DNA from: Flavobacteriales bacterium
GTDB taxonomy: Bacteria; Bacteroidota; Bacteroidia; Flavobacteriales; CAJXXR01
Assembly: GCA_025210805.1 (NCBI GenBank)
Contig: JAOAQX010000011.1
Coordinates: 673-64,672 of the forward strand
Length of the DNA stretch: 64,000 nt
Direction: 5' to 3'
Shown: one piece after another, positions 48,646 to 59,244 of the stretch
Position numbering within the stretch: the stretch's first letter is position 1
Layout: each line of letters starts with the position of its first letter
Translations under genes and position numbers: made by a program
The notes under the pieces: model-generated
Seen by the model: only the letters and a program-made list of their open reading frames with translations
Database searches by the model: none
Told to the model about the DNA's origin: nothing

Positions 48646-48676
48646 CTAAAAAGCCCGTAAGAATTTCTTACAGGCT
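48646..48676 (-). terminator. rho-independent terminator downstream of rho
   Basis: The minus strand reads GCCTGTAAGAA-ATTCTTACGGGC with one G-U pair, then TTTTT. Confidence 0.45.
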
Positions 48677-48701
48677 TCGTTAATTATCTTTAACAATTCT
48701 G

Positions 48702-50546
48702 TTAATTTCCGTTCATTGAAAGGATAAACTGATCATTATCTTGTGTAGATTCTATTTTGTCTTTAAAAAACTCCATCGCTTCCAAAGCATTCATATCTGC
48801 CATATATTTTCTCAAAATCCACATTTTTTGGGTTACATTGTCTCCCAATAATAGGTTTTCTTTTCTTGTTCCTGAGCTCATCAAATCAATTGCAGGATAG
48901 GTTCTTCTTTGGGCAATTTTTCTATCTAATTGCATTTCCATATTTCCTGTTCCCTTGAATTCTTCAAAGATGATATCATCCATTTTTGAACCTGTATCTA
49001 CTAAAGCCGTTGCGATAATTGTTAGAGAACCTCCATCTTCAATATTTCTTGCAGCTCCAAAGAATCTTTTCGGTTTATGAAGTGCATTGGCATCAATACC
49101 TCCTGAAAGGATTTTCCCTGAGGCTGGAGAAACGGTATTATAAGCTCTTGCCAAACGTGTAATAGAATCTAAAAGAATCACAACATCATGACCACATTCT
49201 ACCATTCTCTTAGCTTTTTCGAGCACAATATTGGCAACTTTCACGTGCTTTTCTGCAGGTTCATCAAAGGTAGAAGCTACTACTTCACCTTTAACGGTTC
49301 TTGCCATATCTGTTACCTCTTCAGGTCTTTCATCTATCAACAATACAATCATATAAGCTTCAGGATGATTGGCTGCAATAGCATTTGCCACTTCTTTTAA
49401 CAAGGTGGTTTTACCTGTTTTTGGTTGAGCTACAATCATTCCTCTTTGCCCTTTCCCTATTGGGGAGAATAGGTCGATGATTCTTGTTGCTGTTGTTGAT
49501 TTTTTGCTAATTATGTCAAACTTTTCGTTTGGGAAAAGTGGAGTAAGGTGTTCAAATGGTACACGATCTCGGATATATGCAGGATCTTGTCCATTGATTT
49601 TTTCAACTTTTACAAGTGGGAAATATCTTTCTCCTTCTTTTGGCGGTCTAATAGTTCCTCTAACGGTATCTCCTGTTTTTAGTCCAAACAGTTTTATTTG
49701 AGATTGAGAAACATAAATATCATCTGGTGAATTCAGGTAATTATAATCTGCTGATCTTAGGAATCCATATCCATCAGGGATCAGTTCCAATACTCCTTCG
49801 CTCACGATTTCTCCAAGAAAATCATATTGCTCTTTTTGGCGTTTCTGATTTTTATTTCTTAGGTTTTTGTTATTATTTCTAGAGTCTTGTTGTCTATTAC
49901 TACTTACAGGGTTAGGCTCTCTTTTTGTTGGATTCTGACTGCGTTGTTCACTTGATTGCTCTTCATTCACATGCTGGTTTTTCGTCCTTGGAGTCGCCCG
50001 ATTTTTACGATTGTTTAATCGTGGTTTTCTTTCTTCACGCTCTGTTTTCTCTTCCGCAGTGTCCTTTTTTAAAGAAGCGGCTTCCATTCTTGCCAAAATT
50101 TCAGGATTTATATTGGAAGAAATCCTTGGTTTTGGTTTTTTATTTGGCTTGGCAGGCTTTGTTTCTGGGGCTTTTTCAGCTTCCTTAGCTGGGGCTTTTT
50201 TCGCCTCAACAATTTTTTCAGGACTTTTTCTTTCCCTTTTTACTTTTGGCTCCTTGCTTTTCACAGGTGCTTTTTCATTTTTTGAATCTTTCATTTCAAC
50301 TTTAATCTCCTCTTTTTTGGGAGTAGGTTTTGGAGCTTTTGGAGCTTCTTTTTTCTCATCAGAAGTATTTGCTTCTAACTTCTTAAAAAGTTCTTTAGCG
50401 ATTTTGGGCTCAGCAGCTTGCTGATCTAATATTTGATATATCAGTTCTTGTTTTTTAAACTGACGGTATTTCGAAATTTTCATTTCTTTAGCAATCTGTT
50501 GCAAATCAGGCAACAATTTGCTTTTTAAAAGCATGATATCGTACAT
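48702..50546 (-). CDS. rho: transcription termination factor Rho with ~250-aa low-complexity N-terminal insertion
   Basis: Conserved N-terminus ([31 protein letters not shown]). K/E/P/R/N-rich insertion. OB-fold and RecA-like ATPase with [18 protein letters not shown]. Confidence 0.9.
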   Translation of the reverse strand: MYDIMLLKSKLLPDLQQIAKEMKISKYRQFKKQELIYQILDQQAAEPKIAKELFKKLEANTSDEKKEAPKAPKPTPKKEEIKVEMKDSKNEKAPVKSKEPKVKRERKSPEKIVEAKKAPAKEAEKAPETKPAKPNKKPKPRISSNINPEILARMEAASLKKDTAEEKTEREERKPRLNNRKNRATPRTKNQHVNEEQSSEQRSQNPTKREPNPVSSNRQQDSRNNNKNLRNKNQKRQKEQYDFLGEIVSEGVLELIPDGYGFLRSADYNYLNSPDDIYVSQSQIKLFGLKTGDTVRGTIRPPKEGERYFPLVKVEKINGQDPAYIRDRVPFEHLTPLFPNEKFDIISKKSTTATRIIDLFSPIGKGQRGMIVAQPKTGKTTLLKEVANAIAANHPEAYMIVLLIDERPEEVTDMARTVKGEVVASTFDEPAEKHVKVANIVLEKAKRMVECGHDVVILLDSITRLARAYNTVSPASGKILSGGIDANALHKPKRFFGAARNIEDGGSLTIIATALVDTGSKMDDIIFEEFKGTGNMEMQLDRKIAQRRTYPAIDLMSSGTRKENLLLGDNVTQKMWILRKYMADMNALEAMEFFKDKIESTQDNDQFILSMNGN

Positions 50547-50878
50547 TGAGAATAAAAGTAAGGTCTAAATAAAAGTCTGGGTTAGATATTTAAGATTTTT
50601 TGTAAGAGTCCACCAAATTGAGAAAATAATTTGGTTTCAAAAGGCATGTAGCTGAAAATCAATCTTCGATTTTCTATCCTTCTAATGCAATGATACATTA
50701 TTTTTTGGAATAATCCAAAGTATCCTTATTGAAAACACCCTATTTCACTAGTTTTTCAACAGATTAATCTATTTTTTCGACTTCTTTTTTTTTGGAATTA
50801 TTTGATTTAATCCACCAAAAGTAATTTTCACTTTAGGAGTTATTCCGTTCCTCGTGTTAACTTAACATATAATCGAGA

Positions 50879-51493
50879 TTACATCATGCTCCAAAGAGCC
50901 AAGGCGTAGATCAAAAATCTTAAATAACGTAGTAATCCTACTACTAGTAAAATTCTAAAAGGGAAACGGGTTGTTCCACTAATCAAGGTAATTAATGAAA
51001 AAGGAATGGGTAATAATGCTGCAACACCTATGAGAAAACCGCCCCATTTTCTAAGTTTATTGAATAAATCGGAGTGTTTAAGCTGAATCCATTGTCTGAT
51101 ACTTTCTTTACTTTGGAGTGCGTAACCTATTCCATAAGCAGCAATTCCTCCAAGGTAACTCATAGTGGCAAGTATTCCCAATAAAACCCATTTAGATGCA
51201 TCAATATCACCACTCAGAGTTTTTGCCCACATGATAAATAGATCTGGTGGAATCAAACCCAAAATGGTCTCTGAAATTCCAAATAGCACAAAAACATATT
51301 GGTATGCTACATTATTGATAATCATTTGGAAGATTTCGTCCATTGTGATAAACTGCTGGATAATCATCATAACGGCTACAAAGCCAATAATGATATACAA
51401 CAGCTTAAGCATGTTTTCACTTAAGTAGGAAAACAAACCTGTTCTTCTCAAATAATGATAATATAATCTACTGCTATGGGCTATTCTTTTCAA
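50879..51493 (-). CDS. DedA/VTT (SNARE-associated) family membrane protein
   Basis: 204 aa. ISETILGLIPPDLF and a G-rich re-entrant segment (GGFLIGVAALLPIPFSLITLISGTTRFPF). Confidence 0.55.
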   Translation of the reverse strand: MKRIAHSSRLYYHYLRRTGLFSYLSENMLKLLYIIIGFVAVMMIIQQFITMDEIFQMIINNVAYQYVFVLFGISETILGLIPPDLFIMWAKTLSGDIDASKWVLLGILATMSYLGGIAAYGIGYALQSKESIRQWIQLKHSDLFNKLRKWGGFLIGVAALLPIPFSLITLISGTTRFPFRILLVVGLLRYLRFLIYALALWSMM

Positions 51494-51658
51494 AGTCTTT
51501 TGGGGTTTTCTTGTTGCAAGAGTGGCAAATATAATTAATAAACACGCCCGAATGGTAGAAAATACTGTACCATTATGAGCGTGTTTAACATTTTTTATTA
51601 TAAAAGTGGAATTATGTGATATTTATCCAAAAGAAAATAATGTTATTAAACTTACTGA

Positions 51659-53557
51659 TTAATAAGCTCTCACATTCTTTCCTTCTACGTAATTGATCAA
51701 TGCTTGATTCACAACACGCATTCCTCCTGGAGTAGGATAATTTCCTGTAAAATACCAATCTCCTTTGTCATTTGGACAGGCTTCATGTAGAGCTTCTACG
51801 GATTGGAAAATGATATCTACTCGTGATTTCATTCCATTAGGCACTAATAACTCAGTGACTTTATCTGAAATCTCCTGATAATCAAAAGGTTCATAGACTT
51901 CTTTTACGAAATTCTGAATTTGATCATCTGGCAAATTGGCTTGTTTTTTACATTTTTCGTAAACCGAATCTAACACATAGGTCATTCCTCTTTCCTTCAA
52001 TAGTGCTATAGCTGCCTTAAAGGCTACAAAATCTCCTAATTTTGCCATGTCTATTCCATAACAATCTGGGTATCGTATTTGCGGTGCCGAAGAAACGACA
52101 ACAATATGCTTCGCATTTAATCGGTCTAATATCTTCAATACAGACTGTTTTAAAGTCGTCCCTCTAACGATACTATCATCAATTACCACCAAGTTATCAG
52201 TAGGTTTCACTTCTCCATAAGTAATATCATATACCTGTCCTACCAAGTCATCTCGGTTGTTATCGTTAGTAATAAAGGTTCTTAACTTAGCATCTTTTAT
52301 GGCAATTTTTTCTATTCGAGTTGTCGTCTCGATGATATTGGTAATCAGTTCTGGTGTTGCTGAATTACCTAAAGCAGAAATTTCTTTTATTTGTTTGCTT
52401 TTCAAACGACTTTCCACTTCCTTTACCATTCCATAGAAACAGGTTTCGGCAGTATTTGGAATATAGGTGAAAACCGTATTTCGGATATCATCATTTACAC
52501 AATCCAAAATTTGTTTGGTCACTAATTCTCCAAGCTTCTTACGCTCTTTGTATATTTCGGCATCATTTCCTCTTGAGAAATAAATTCTTTCAAAAGAACA
52601 AGATAAATGATCTTTTTGTTCCAAAATCTGCTCATGAGAAACCTCTCCGTTTCTTTTTACGATGATAGCGGAACCTCTTGCAACTTGATTAATTTCTTCA
52701 AAAGGAACATTAAAAGCTGTTTGAATAACCGATCTTTCTGAAGCTGCCACAAAAATTTCTTCATCTTGGTAATAGAATGCTGGGCGGATTCCATTTGGAT
52801 CTCTCATGATAAATGCATCTCCATGACCCAAAAGACCTGAGATTACATATCCTCCATCCCATCTTTTTGATGATTTCTTCAAGATTTCATCTACTCGTAC
52901 AGAACGTTCTATTACTTTAGACATCTCTTTTTTAGAATCATATTGATCTCTCATATTATAATACAAGTCATCAACTTCTTCATCTAAAAAATGTCCTATT
53001 TTCTCCAAAATAGTAATCGTATCCGCTTTTTCTTTTGGATGCTGCCCAAGATCTACAAGTGCTTGAAATTGTTCATCGACATTGGTCATATTAAAATTCC
53101 CAGCCAAAACTAAATTTCTACTTTTCCAGTTGTTTTGTCTCAAAAAAGGGTGACAATGTTCTATATTATTCCCTCCATAAGTTCCATACCTCAAGTGAGC
53201 CAAAAACAATTCTCCTGTAAAAGGAGCGTGTTTTTTAAGCCATTCGGCATCATTGGCATATTCTGGGTTTGCATCTATTATTTCTTGCAATCTTGTATTG
53301 ATATGCGTCATGATTTGTTTTACCGATTCATTTCCCACCGCTCTTTTTCGGCTGATATATCGATACCCTGGAGGTAAATCAAATTTGATATTTGCGATTC
53401 CTGCTCCATCTTGTCCTCTATTTACTTGCTTTTGCATAAGCATAGACATTTTCTGGAGTGCCCAAAAAGGATTTTGGTATTTCTCGATATAGTATTCCAT
53501 GGGCTTCAAAAGCCTTAGCATGGCAATACCACATTCATGATGCAATGATTCTGTCAT
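51659..53557 (-). CDS. purF: amidophosphoribosyltransferase (long Bacteroidetes form)
   Basis: N-terminal Ntn Cys (…HHECGIAM), a glutamine amidotransferase class II domain and a PRTase domain (VVIDDSIVRGTT). Confidence 0.85.
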   Translation of the reverse strand: MTESLHHECGIAMLRLLKPMEYYIEKYQNPFWALQKMSMLMQKQVNRGQDGAGIANIKFDLPPGYRYISRKRAVGNESVKQIMTHINTRLQEIIDANPEYANDAEWLKKHAPFTGELFLAHLRYGTYGGNNIEHCHPFLRQNNWKSRNLVLAGNFNMTNVDEQFQALVDLGQHPKEKADTITILEKIGHFLDEEVDDLYYNMRDQYDSKKEMSKVIERSVRVDEILKKSSKRWDGGYVISGLLGHGDAFIMRDPNGIRPAFYYQDEEIFVAASERSVIQTAFNVPFEEINQVARGSAIIVKRNGEVSHEQILEQKDHLSCSFERIYFSRGNDAEIYKERKKLGELVTKQILDCVNDDIRNTVFTYIPNTAETCFYGMVKEVESRLKSKQIKEISALGNSATPELITNIIETTTRIEKIAIKDAKLRTFITNDNNRDDLVGQVYDITYGEVKPTDNLVVIDDSIVRGTTLKQSVLKILDRLNAKHIVVVSSAPQIRYPDCYGIDMAKLGDFVAFKAAIALLKERGMTYVLDSVYEKCKKQANLPDDQIQNFVKEVYEPFDYQEISDKVTELLVPNGMKSRVDIIFQSVEALHEACPNDKGDWYFTGNYPTPGGMRVVNQALINYVEGKNVRAY

Positions 53558-53623
53558 TTTTAGTAGGTATGATTGCTTTGCGCAAATTTAATTGAATGTT
53601 TTGTATAAAATGTGGAATTCTCC

Positions 53624-54436
53624 TTACAATTCATCTTGAATAAATGGAAATTTTTCTCGGAAATCATGTTGAGTATTTTTTTCTAATTCACAAATCAAAA
53701 TCTGTTCTTGAAAATCTTCTGCCTGAACCATGGTGTTTCCAAAGTAGTCCACAACAATTGAGTTTCCATTATACTTGATCTCGTTGGGCTCTTCTCCCAC
53801 TCTATTCACTCCAATAACGTAAGATTGATTTTCTATGGCTCTTGCTTTCAAAAGAGTTTCCCATGCTTGAATTCTCCTTTCTGGCCAATTTGCTACATAT
53901 ATTAATAGATCATAAGGGTTTTGATGATCGTTCCTAGATTCCCTTGGGAATCGTAAATCATAACATACTTGGGGTTTTATTTTCCAGTTTTTATAATTCC
54001 AAATGGGATTTTCGAGCCCAGATGAAAGGTGTTTTTCTTCCCCAACTAAAGAGAATAAATGTCTTTTATCGTAATCCAAAACTTCACAAGGAGTGATCCA
54101 TAATAAACGATTATAATATTTACCCGCTTCTAAAAACCAAACAGAACCGCCAATGGCACAATCAAAACGCTTGGATAATTTTTGCAAATCCTTTATTTCT
54201 TTTGAAGATTTACTCCAAGCAAATCTCTGTGCTTCCATGGAAAAACCAGTAGTAAACATTTCGGGAAGCAGGAAAATATCAAAATCAAATTTTGAATGTG
54301 TCTCAGTGATTGCTTTTTTGACATTTGCCAAATTTCCTTGTGGATTTTCCCAAAGGAGATCCATTTGAAAAAGAGCTATTTTTAGCTTGTTATTATTCTC
54401 GGATAGATTCATAATGTGTGGAACTTTAATCGGCAA
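53624..54436 (-). CDS. carbon-nitrogen hydrolase (nitrilase superfamily, omega-amidase/YafV-like)
   Basis: The KIALFQMDLLWE…E…K…C(CYDLRFPE) layout matches the E-K-C triad of CN hydrolases. Confidence 0.75.
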   Translation of the reverse strand: MPIKVPHIMNLSENNNKLKIALFQMDLLWENPQGNLANVKKAITETHSKFDFDIFLLPEMFTTGFSMEAQRFAWSKSSKEIKDLQKLSKRFDCAIGGSVWFLEAGKYYNRLLWITPCEVLDYDKRHLFSLVGEEKHLSSGLENPIWNYKNWKIKPQVCYDLRFPRESRNDHQNPYDLLIYVANWPERRIQAWETLLKARAIENQSYVIGVNRVGEEPNEIKYNGNSIVVDYFGNTMVQAEDFQEQILICELEKNTQHDFREKFPFIQDEL

Positions 54437-54473
54437 GGTAATTTTACTTATTTTTGACTAAAATATACACAAA

Positions 54474-54890
54474 ATGAGCTCAGAAAAATTTAACGCTTCA
54501 GAAGCGCCAGAACCAGTAGGTTTATATCCACATGCTCGTCAAGTAGGAAATTTATTGTTTCTTTCGGGAGTGGGTCCTAGAGAAAAAGGAACCAAGAAAA
54601 TTCCAGGAGTAGAACTGGATGAAAATGGAGAAATTCTTTCTTATGACATCGAAAAGCAATGTCACTCTGTTTTCAAAAACGTGAGAACCATTGTGGAAGC
54701 CAGTGGAAGCAATTGGGATAAAATTGTAGATGTTACTGTTTTTCTCACCAATATGAAGGATGATTTCAAAACTTACAATCGTATTTATGCAGAGTATTTT
54801 AAGGATAATCAACCCTGTAGAACTACTGTTGAAATAAAAAGCCTTCCTACTCCAATAGGGATTGAATTGAAATGTATTGCTACTATCTAA
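54474..54890 (+). CDS. ridA: RidA (YjgF/TdcF) family reactive-intermediate deaminase
   Basis: 138 aa with a chorismate-mutase-like fold signature (…DVTVFLTNMKDDFKTYNRIYAEYF…RTTVEIKSLP). Confidence 0.85.
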   Translation: MSSEKFNASEAPEPVGLYPHARQVGNLLFLSGVGPREKGTKKIPGVELDENGEILSYDIEKQCHSVFKNVRTIVEASGSNWDKIVDVTVFLTNMKDDFKTYNRIYAEYFKDNQPCRTTVEIKSLPTPIGIELKCIATI

Positions 54891-55130
54891 AAAGTTTCCA
54901 CATCCAAGTTCAATACCAATTACTTGTTAATACAACACGTCTCGATTATTTCAGACGTGTTTTTTTATGAAAATTAAACAGAGAATAATACCTGTGATTT
55001 TTTCTCCATCAGAATTTCGTTTATCTTCCTAAAGTAAACATCAAAACAAAAGACACTCAACAAGTTTACGATCTACAAATTATTGTTAGAAGAGATAAAT
55101 TTGTGATAACTTTTTAGAACAAACATTATT

Positions 55131-56252
55131 ATGAAACACCTCAGTATTTTTATTTTTTTAATTTTTCTTGTCTCTTGTGACAAAGATGATATTTCTCAAA
55201 AAGAAGAACCTGAAACGAATATTGAATACCAACATGAAACACTCCATACTGGTTTTCAAAATCCTTGGGCTTTAGACTTCCTGCCCAATAACGAAATATT
55301 AATCACCGAAAGACCTGGGAAATTATCCATTTTCTCAAACGGACAAATCTTATCTGTATCTGGACTACCTTCTACCATAAAAAGCACTGGACAAGGTGGT
55401 TTGATGGATATTTTAGTTCATGAATCCAATGGAAATAACCATACTCTTTTCTTTAGTGCCACCAATGAAGTAAATGGACAATGGTCCACCGCCATATTTA
55501 GAGGAAATTTAGATCGTGAAAACCTCAATCTTAACAATATTTCCAAAATATACCAAGTAGCACAAATGACCACTACTTCTTATCATTTTGGAAGTAGAAT
55601 TTGGATAGAAAACAACCAATATATTTATCTTACTTTAGGCGAAAATGGAATGCAAAATGAGGCTCAGGATAATTCTAATGCGCTCGGAACAATTGTTAGA
55701 CTTAATCTCGATGGAAGCATTCCTGCAGACAATCCATTTGTAGGAAACAATTCTGCTTTGAATGAAATATGGTCCTACGGACATAGAAATATTCAAGGTT
55801 TGGCAATTCATCCCGAGACTAACGCCATCTGGACACACGAGCATGGACCGCTTGGTGGAGATGAAGTCAATATCATACAAAAAGGCGGAAATTACGGTTG
55901 GCCAATTGCCACTTATGGAAAAAACTATAACGGTACAACCATTACAGACTCAACCCATATACAAGGAACTATTCAGCCCGAAATTTATTGGACACCTTCT
56001 ATCGCACCATGTGGTATGACTTTCTGCACGGGGAAAGCATTTCCTCAATGGAAAAACCATGTGTTTGTAGGTGCACTAGCAAAACAACATATTAACCGCT
56101 TGGCAGTTGAAGGTGGAAAACTGGTTGAAAAAGAAAGAATGTTTCAAGACTTCGGAAGATTTAGAGCCATTAAAGAAAGCCCAGAAGGGCATCTCTATAT
56201 CCTTTCTGAAGGAAATGGAGGAAAACTCAGTAGAATTATCCCGAAAAAGTAA
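55131..56252 (+). CDS. PQQ-dependent soluble sugar (aldose/sorbosone) dehydrogenase, beta-propeller
   Basis: Lipoprotein signal. GLAIHPETNAIWTHEHGPLGGDEVNIIQKGGNYGWP is typical of YliI/SGDH-family enzymes. Confidence 0.8.
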   Translation: MKHLSIFIFLIFLVSCDKDDISQKEEPETNIEYQHETLHTGFQNPWALDFLPNNEILITERPGKLSIFSNGQILSVSGLPSTIKSTGQGGLMDILVHESNGNNHTLFFSATNEVNGQWSTAIFRGNLDRENLNLNNISKIYQVAQMTTTSYHFGSRIWIENNQYIYLTLGENGMQNEAQDNSNALGTIVRLNLDGSIPADNPFVGNNSALNEIWSYGHRNIQGLAIHPETNAIWTHEHGPLGGDEVNIIQKGGNYGWPIATYGKNYNGTTITDSTHIQGTIQPEIYWTPSIAPCGMTFCTGKAFPQWKNHVFVGALAKQHINRLAVEGGKLVEKERMFQDFGRFRAIKESPEGHLYILSEGNGGKLSRIIPKK

Positions 56253-56286
56253 TTTTTTCTTGAACTATGGGAAGGTAATATACAGC

Positions 56287-56660
56287 ATATAATGTCCTTG
56301 GATGAAGTTCTCGATACAATTTCTTTTCCGCTTCCCTCCAAAGAAATCACTCGAACTGATACACTTGATAAAAATTGTATGGCTTTTGTCAGTTCGAGTG
56401 ATTTTTGATGGAATGCAATGGAGTCAAAAATTGTATCGAGAATGGCATTCGATAATCAAAAAATTTCCCGATAAAATTTCTTTTCCGTTGCCCTCCAAAG
56501 AAATCACTCGAACTGACATACTCGATACAACCCTGTCAGTTCGAGTGAATTTTCTGAAGAGTAACGAAAGAAAATTTTTATCGAGAACCCGCTTCTCTAC
56601 AAAGAAATCACTCGAACTGACATACTTGATAAAATTTCTTTCGGAGCGAAGTATTTTCCA
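56287..56660. repeat. cluster of hairpin-forming intergenic repeat units (same family as 28731-28948)
   Basis: Three direct copies of …TTTCTTTTCCG(C/T)T(T/G)CCCTCCAAAGAAATCACTCGAACTGA(C/T)A… and a reverse copy of the TCGATACAATTTTTGACTCCATTGCATTCCATCAAAAA unit. CACTCGAACTGACA / TGTCAGTTCGAGTG form inverted repeats. Confidence 0.7.
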
Positions 56661-56714
56661 TCATTGAGTTTTTTTACTTAAATTACTGGTTTAATAATCA
56701 AATATTTAAGTGAA

Positions 56715-59213
56715 ATGAATTGGAGATTCACCTTTCTATTCTTTTCCTTAACTCTTTCAACTCTTGCTCAAACGACTTCTATTACCGATAATTTTTCTGA
56801 TGGAGATTTTGTCCAAAACCCAACATGGAAAGGAGATACCGCTTTATTCCAAGTAGATAATTACCAATTGCGTTTAAATGGTAATTCTGCATTAGCTCCA
56901 TCCTTTTTAGGACTTTCGTCCGAAATTATTGATTCTGCTCATTGGCAGTTTTATACCCAAATGGATTTCAATCCTTCATCTTCAAACTTTTTGGAGATTA
57001 TCTTATATTCAGAAGATTCTTTACACACTATTGAGAACAATCAATTAATTGTAGAAGTAGGTAGAAGTTCCGACAAAATTCGTGTTCTAAAGGTATTGAA
57101 CGGACAAAAAGAAACAGTAACAGAAACTACTTCGGGAATATTCAGCGGAAATTATCAAACCATTTGGTGGAATATAGAACATGAAAATCAAACATGGCAA
57201 ATAAACTATAGTTTAGATAGTCTGAATTGGCAAAGTCTTCCCCATTTTTCATTTGCGGCAAATCAAAATAAGCTTTTTGGTTTTAGATGCCGTTATACAT
57301 CTACCCGAAAAGACAAATTTTGGTTTGATAATATAAACATTCAGGGGAGCCCTTTTCAGGATAAAACCCCACCAAAAATCACCCACTTCACTTCAGAATC
57401 CAATCAATATATTCATCTAAAATTTTCGGAAAAAATACTGATTACTTCTGCTGAAATTAAAACCCAAGCAGGAGCTGTTCCCAAAGGACAGCAACACTAT
57501 GGAGATAGTTTAATTCTTGATTTTACGAATCTTGAATACAACAAAAAGCATCTTCTAAATCTAAAAAACATTCAGGATTTAAAAGGAAACTCATTGGACA
57601 CCAGTTTTACCGTTTTATGGTCTAGAATCAAAGCTTATGATATCCTGATTTCAGAAATTCTCCCAACCATAAACACAGCAACAAAACCCGTTTCAGACCC
57701 TTGCATTGAACTCTATAATCCAAGTGAATTTGGGATTCAATTATCAGAGTTCACACTAAAAATTGACCAGAAAGAATATCTACACCCCTCTTTTTGGCTT
57801 GAGCCCAATGCTGTGGTTTTAGTTTATGACAAAGAAGCTAAGAATTTCAAAACGGGAAAATCCAAAATAGTTTTAGACAAAACCTTTTATCTAAAGAAAA
57901 CAGGGAGCAGTCTCTCTATTTGGGAATCCGACCACCCAATTCATTGGGTTTCTTATACAGATGATTGGTTTCAAACAGATTTTAAAAAAGACGGAAATTG
58001 GAGTCTAGAACTTATTAAGCCCAACAAAGCTTGCTTAGGAAAATGGGCTTGGGAAGAATCAACCGCTCCAAGTGGAGAGACTTTAGGTGAAATAAACTCT
58101 GAACATGAGATGATACTGGATAAACTAGATCCGCTATTTTTATATTGCCCTACTGATAGTGTCTTAGAAATCACTTTTCCTGTTTTGACACTTGAGAATT
58201 TGTTTGTGAACGACACGTTTTACACCATTAGTAAAGCCATAAAATATATAGAAAGAATCAATGGGAATTCTTTTAGAATAAATTTTAAAAAACCACTTAA
58301 AAATGGAGAATTAGAGCAAATTTCATTTGAAAATTTACCCTTTTGTGATGAAAATGTCCATTTTCCGCAAAAGGAATTTTTCTACAATTCTTCAAAACCA
58401 CAAGAAGGAATCATAATCAATGAGATTCGTTTTGAAACCACAGAAAATCATGTAGAATATATCGAAATATATAATCAAAATGAATATCCTATTGAAAGTT
58501 CTCAACTGGTTTTGGGTGTTTATACAGACCAATGGAATTATCAAAATCTCCCTGAAAAAAATCAATATATCTCAGCAAAGTCTTATGCCGTTCTTACGAA
58601 GAATAAAAAATTATTAGAAGTAGAATATGACCTTCCAGAAGAATCAAACCTCATAGAAATGCACGATTTTCCTAACTTGAATAATACGGGAGGAAAAATA
58701 GGTTTTTTTAATACTTCCATACATCAAATAGACCAAGCTTGTTATGAATCTTCCTGGCATTCTTCTGGTGTTGAAAACACAGAAAATAAAGCCTTAGAAA
58801 AAATCGATTTTGAGCTGAATGGATGTCAATCAAACACTTGGGCTACGGCAAGTAGCACACAAAATTATGGAACTCCTGGAAGAATCAACAGTCAGGTATT
58901 CATAGGAAAAACAGAAGATTTCATGGAACTTTTCACTCCCAATGGTGATGGCGATCAGGATTTTTGGAATTATTATAAGACTTTTTCTAGTCCAGAAAAT
59001 TTATTGGATGTTCATATTTATTCTCTAAATGGTGTATTGAAAAAAAGCTTTTTCACAAAAAAGTTAATCGGAAATCAAATAAAGATACAATGGAATGGGG
59101 CAGATGAAAATGGGAACCAATTATCAACAGGCACCTATATTTTTTGGTTAAAAAACTACTCTACTGGTGAAGAAGTAAAAAAAGCAATCAACTTAATTGT
59201 TGAAATTAATTAA
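56715..59213 (+). CDS. large secreted protein with two lamin-tail-like domains and a T9SS type B (CHU_C) sorting domain
   Basis: Signal peptide. LTD-like segments (ILISEILPTIN…DPCIELYNPSEF…; IIINEIRFETTENHVEYIEIYNQNEYPI). C-terminal FTPNGDGDQDFWNYY…NLIVEIN matches the type B CTD hallmark (ftPNGDGxNDxf). Confidence 0.7.
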   Translation: MNWRFTFLFFSLTLSTLAQTTSITDNFSDGDFVQNPTWKGDTALFQVDNYQLRLNGNSALAPSFLGLSSEIIDSAHWQFYTQMDFNPSSSNFLEIILYSEDSLHTIENNQLIVEVGRSSDKIRVLKVLNGQKETVTETTSGIFSGNYQTIWWNIEHENQTWQINYSLDSLNWQSLPHFSFAANQNKLFGFRCRYTSTRKDKFWFDNINIQGSPFQDKTPPKITHFTSESNQYIHLKFSEKILITSAEIKTQAGAVPKGQQHYGDSLILDFTNLEYNKKHLLNLKNIQDLKGNSLDTSFTVLWSRIKAYDILISEILPTINTATKPVSDPCIELYNPSEFGIQLSEFTLKIDQKEYLHPSFWLEPNAVVLVYDKEAKNFKTGKSKIVLDKTFYLKKTGSSLSIWESDHPIHWVSYTDDWFQTDFKKDGNWSLELIKPNKACLGKWAWEESTAPSGETLGEINSEHEMILDKLDPLFLYCPTDSVLEITFPVLTLENLFVNDTFYTISKAIKYIERINGNSFRINFKKPLKNGELEQISFENLPFCDENVHFPQKEFFYNSSKPQEGIIINEIRFETTENHVEYIEIYNQNEYPIESSQLVLGVYTDQWNYQNLPEKNQYISAKSYAVLTKNKKLLEVEYDLPEESNLIEMHDFPNLNNTGGKIGFFNTSIHQIDQACYESSWHSSGVENTENKALEKIDFELNGCQSNTWATASSTQNYGTPGRINSQVFIGKTEDFMELFTPNGDGDQDFWNYYKTFSSPENLLDVHIYSLNGVLKKSFFTKKLIGNQIKIQWNGADENGNQLSTGTYIFWLKNYSTGEEVKKAINLIVEIN

Positions 59214-59244
59214 AGAATGGTTTAATTGCCTTACCCCCTATTTT

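Noticed and set aside
50011-50424. 137-aa plus-strand ORF (also 49925..50188)
   Set aside because: It is antisense to the low-complexity insertion of rho. Its composition is a mirror-image artefact.
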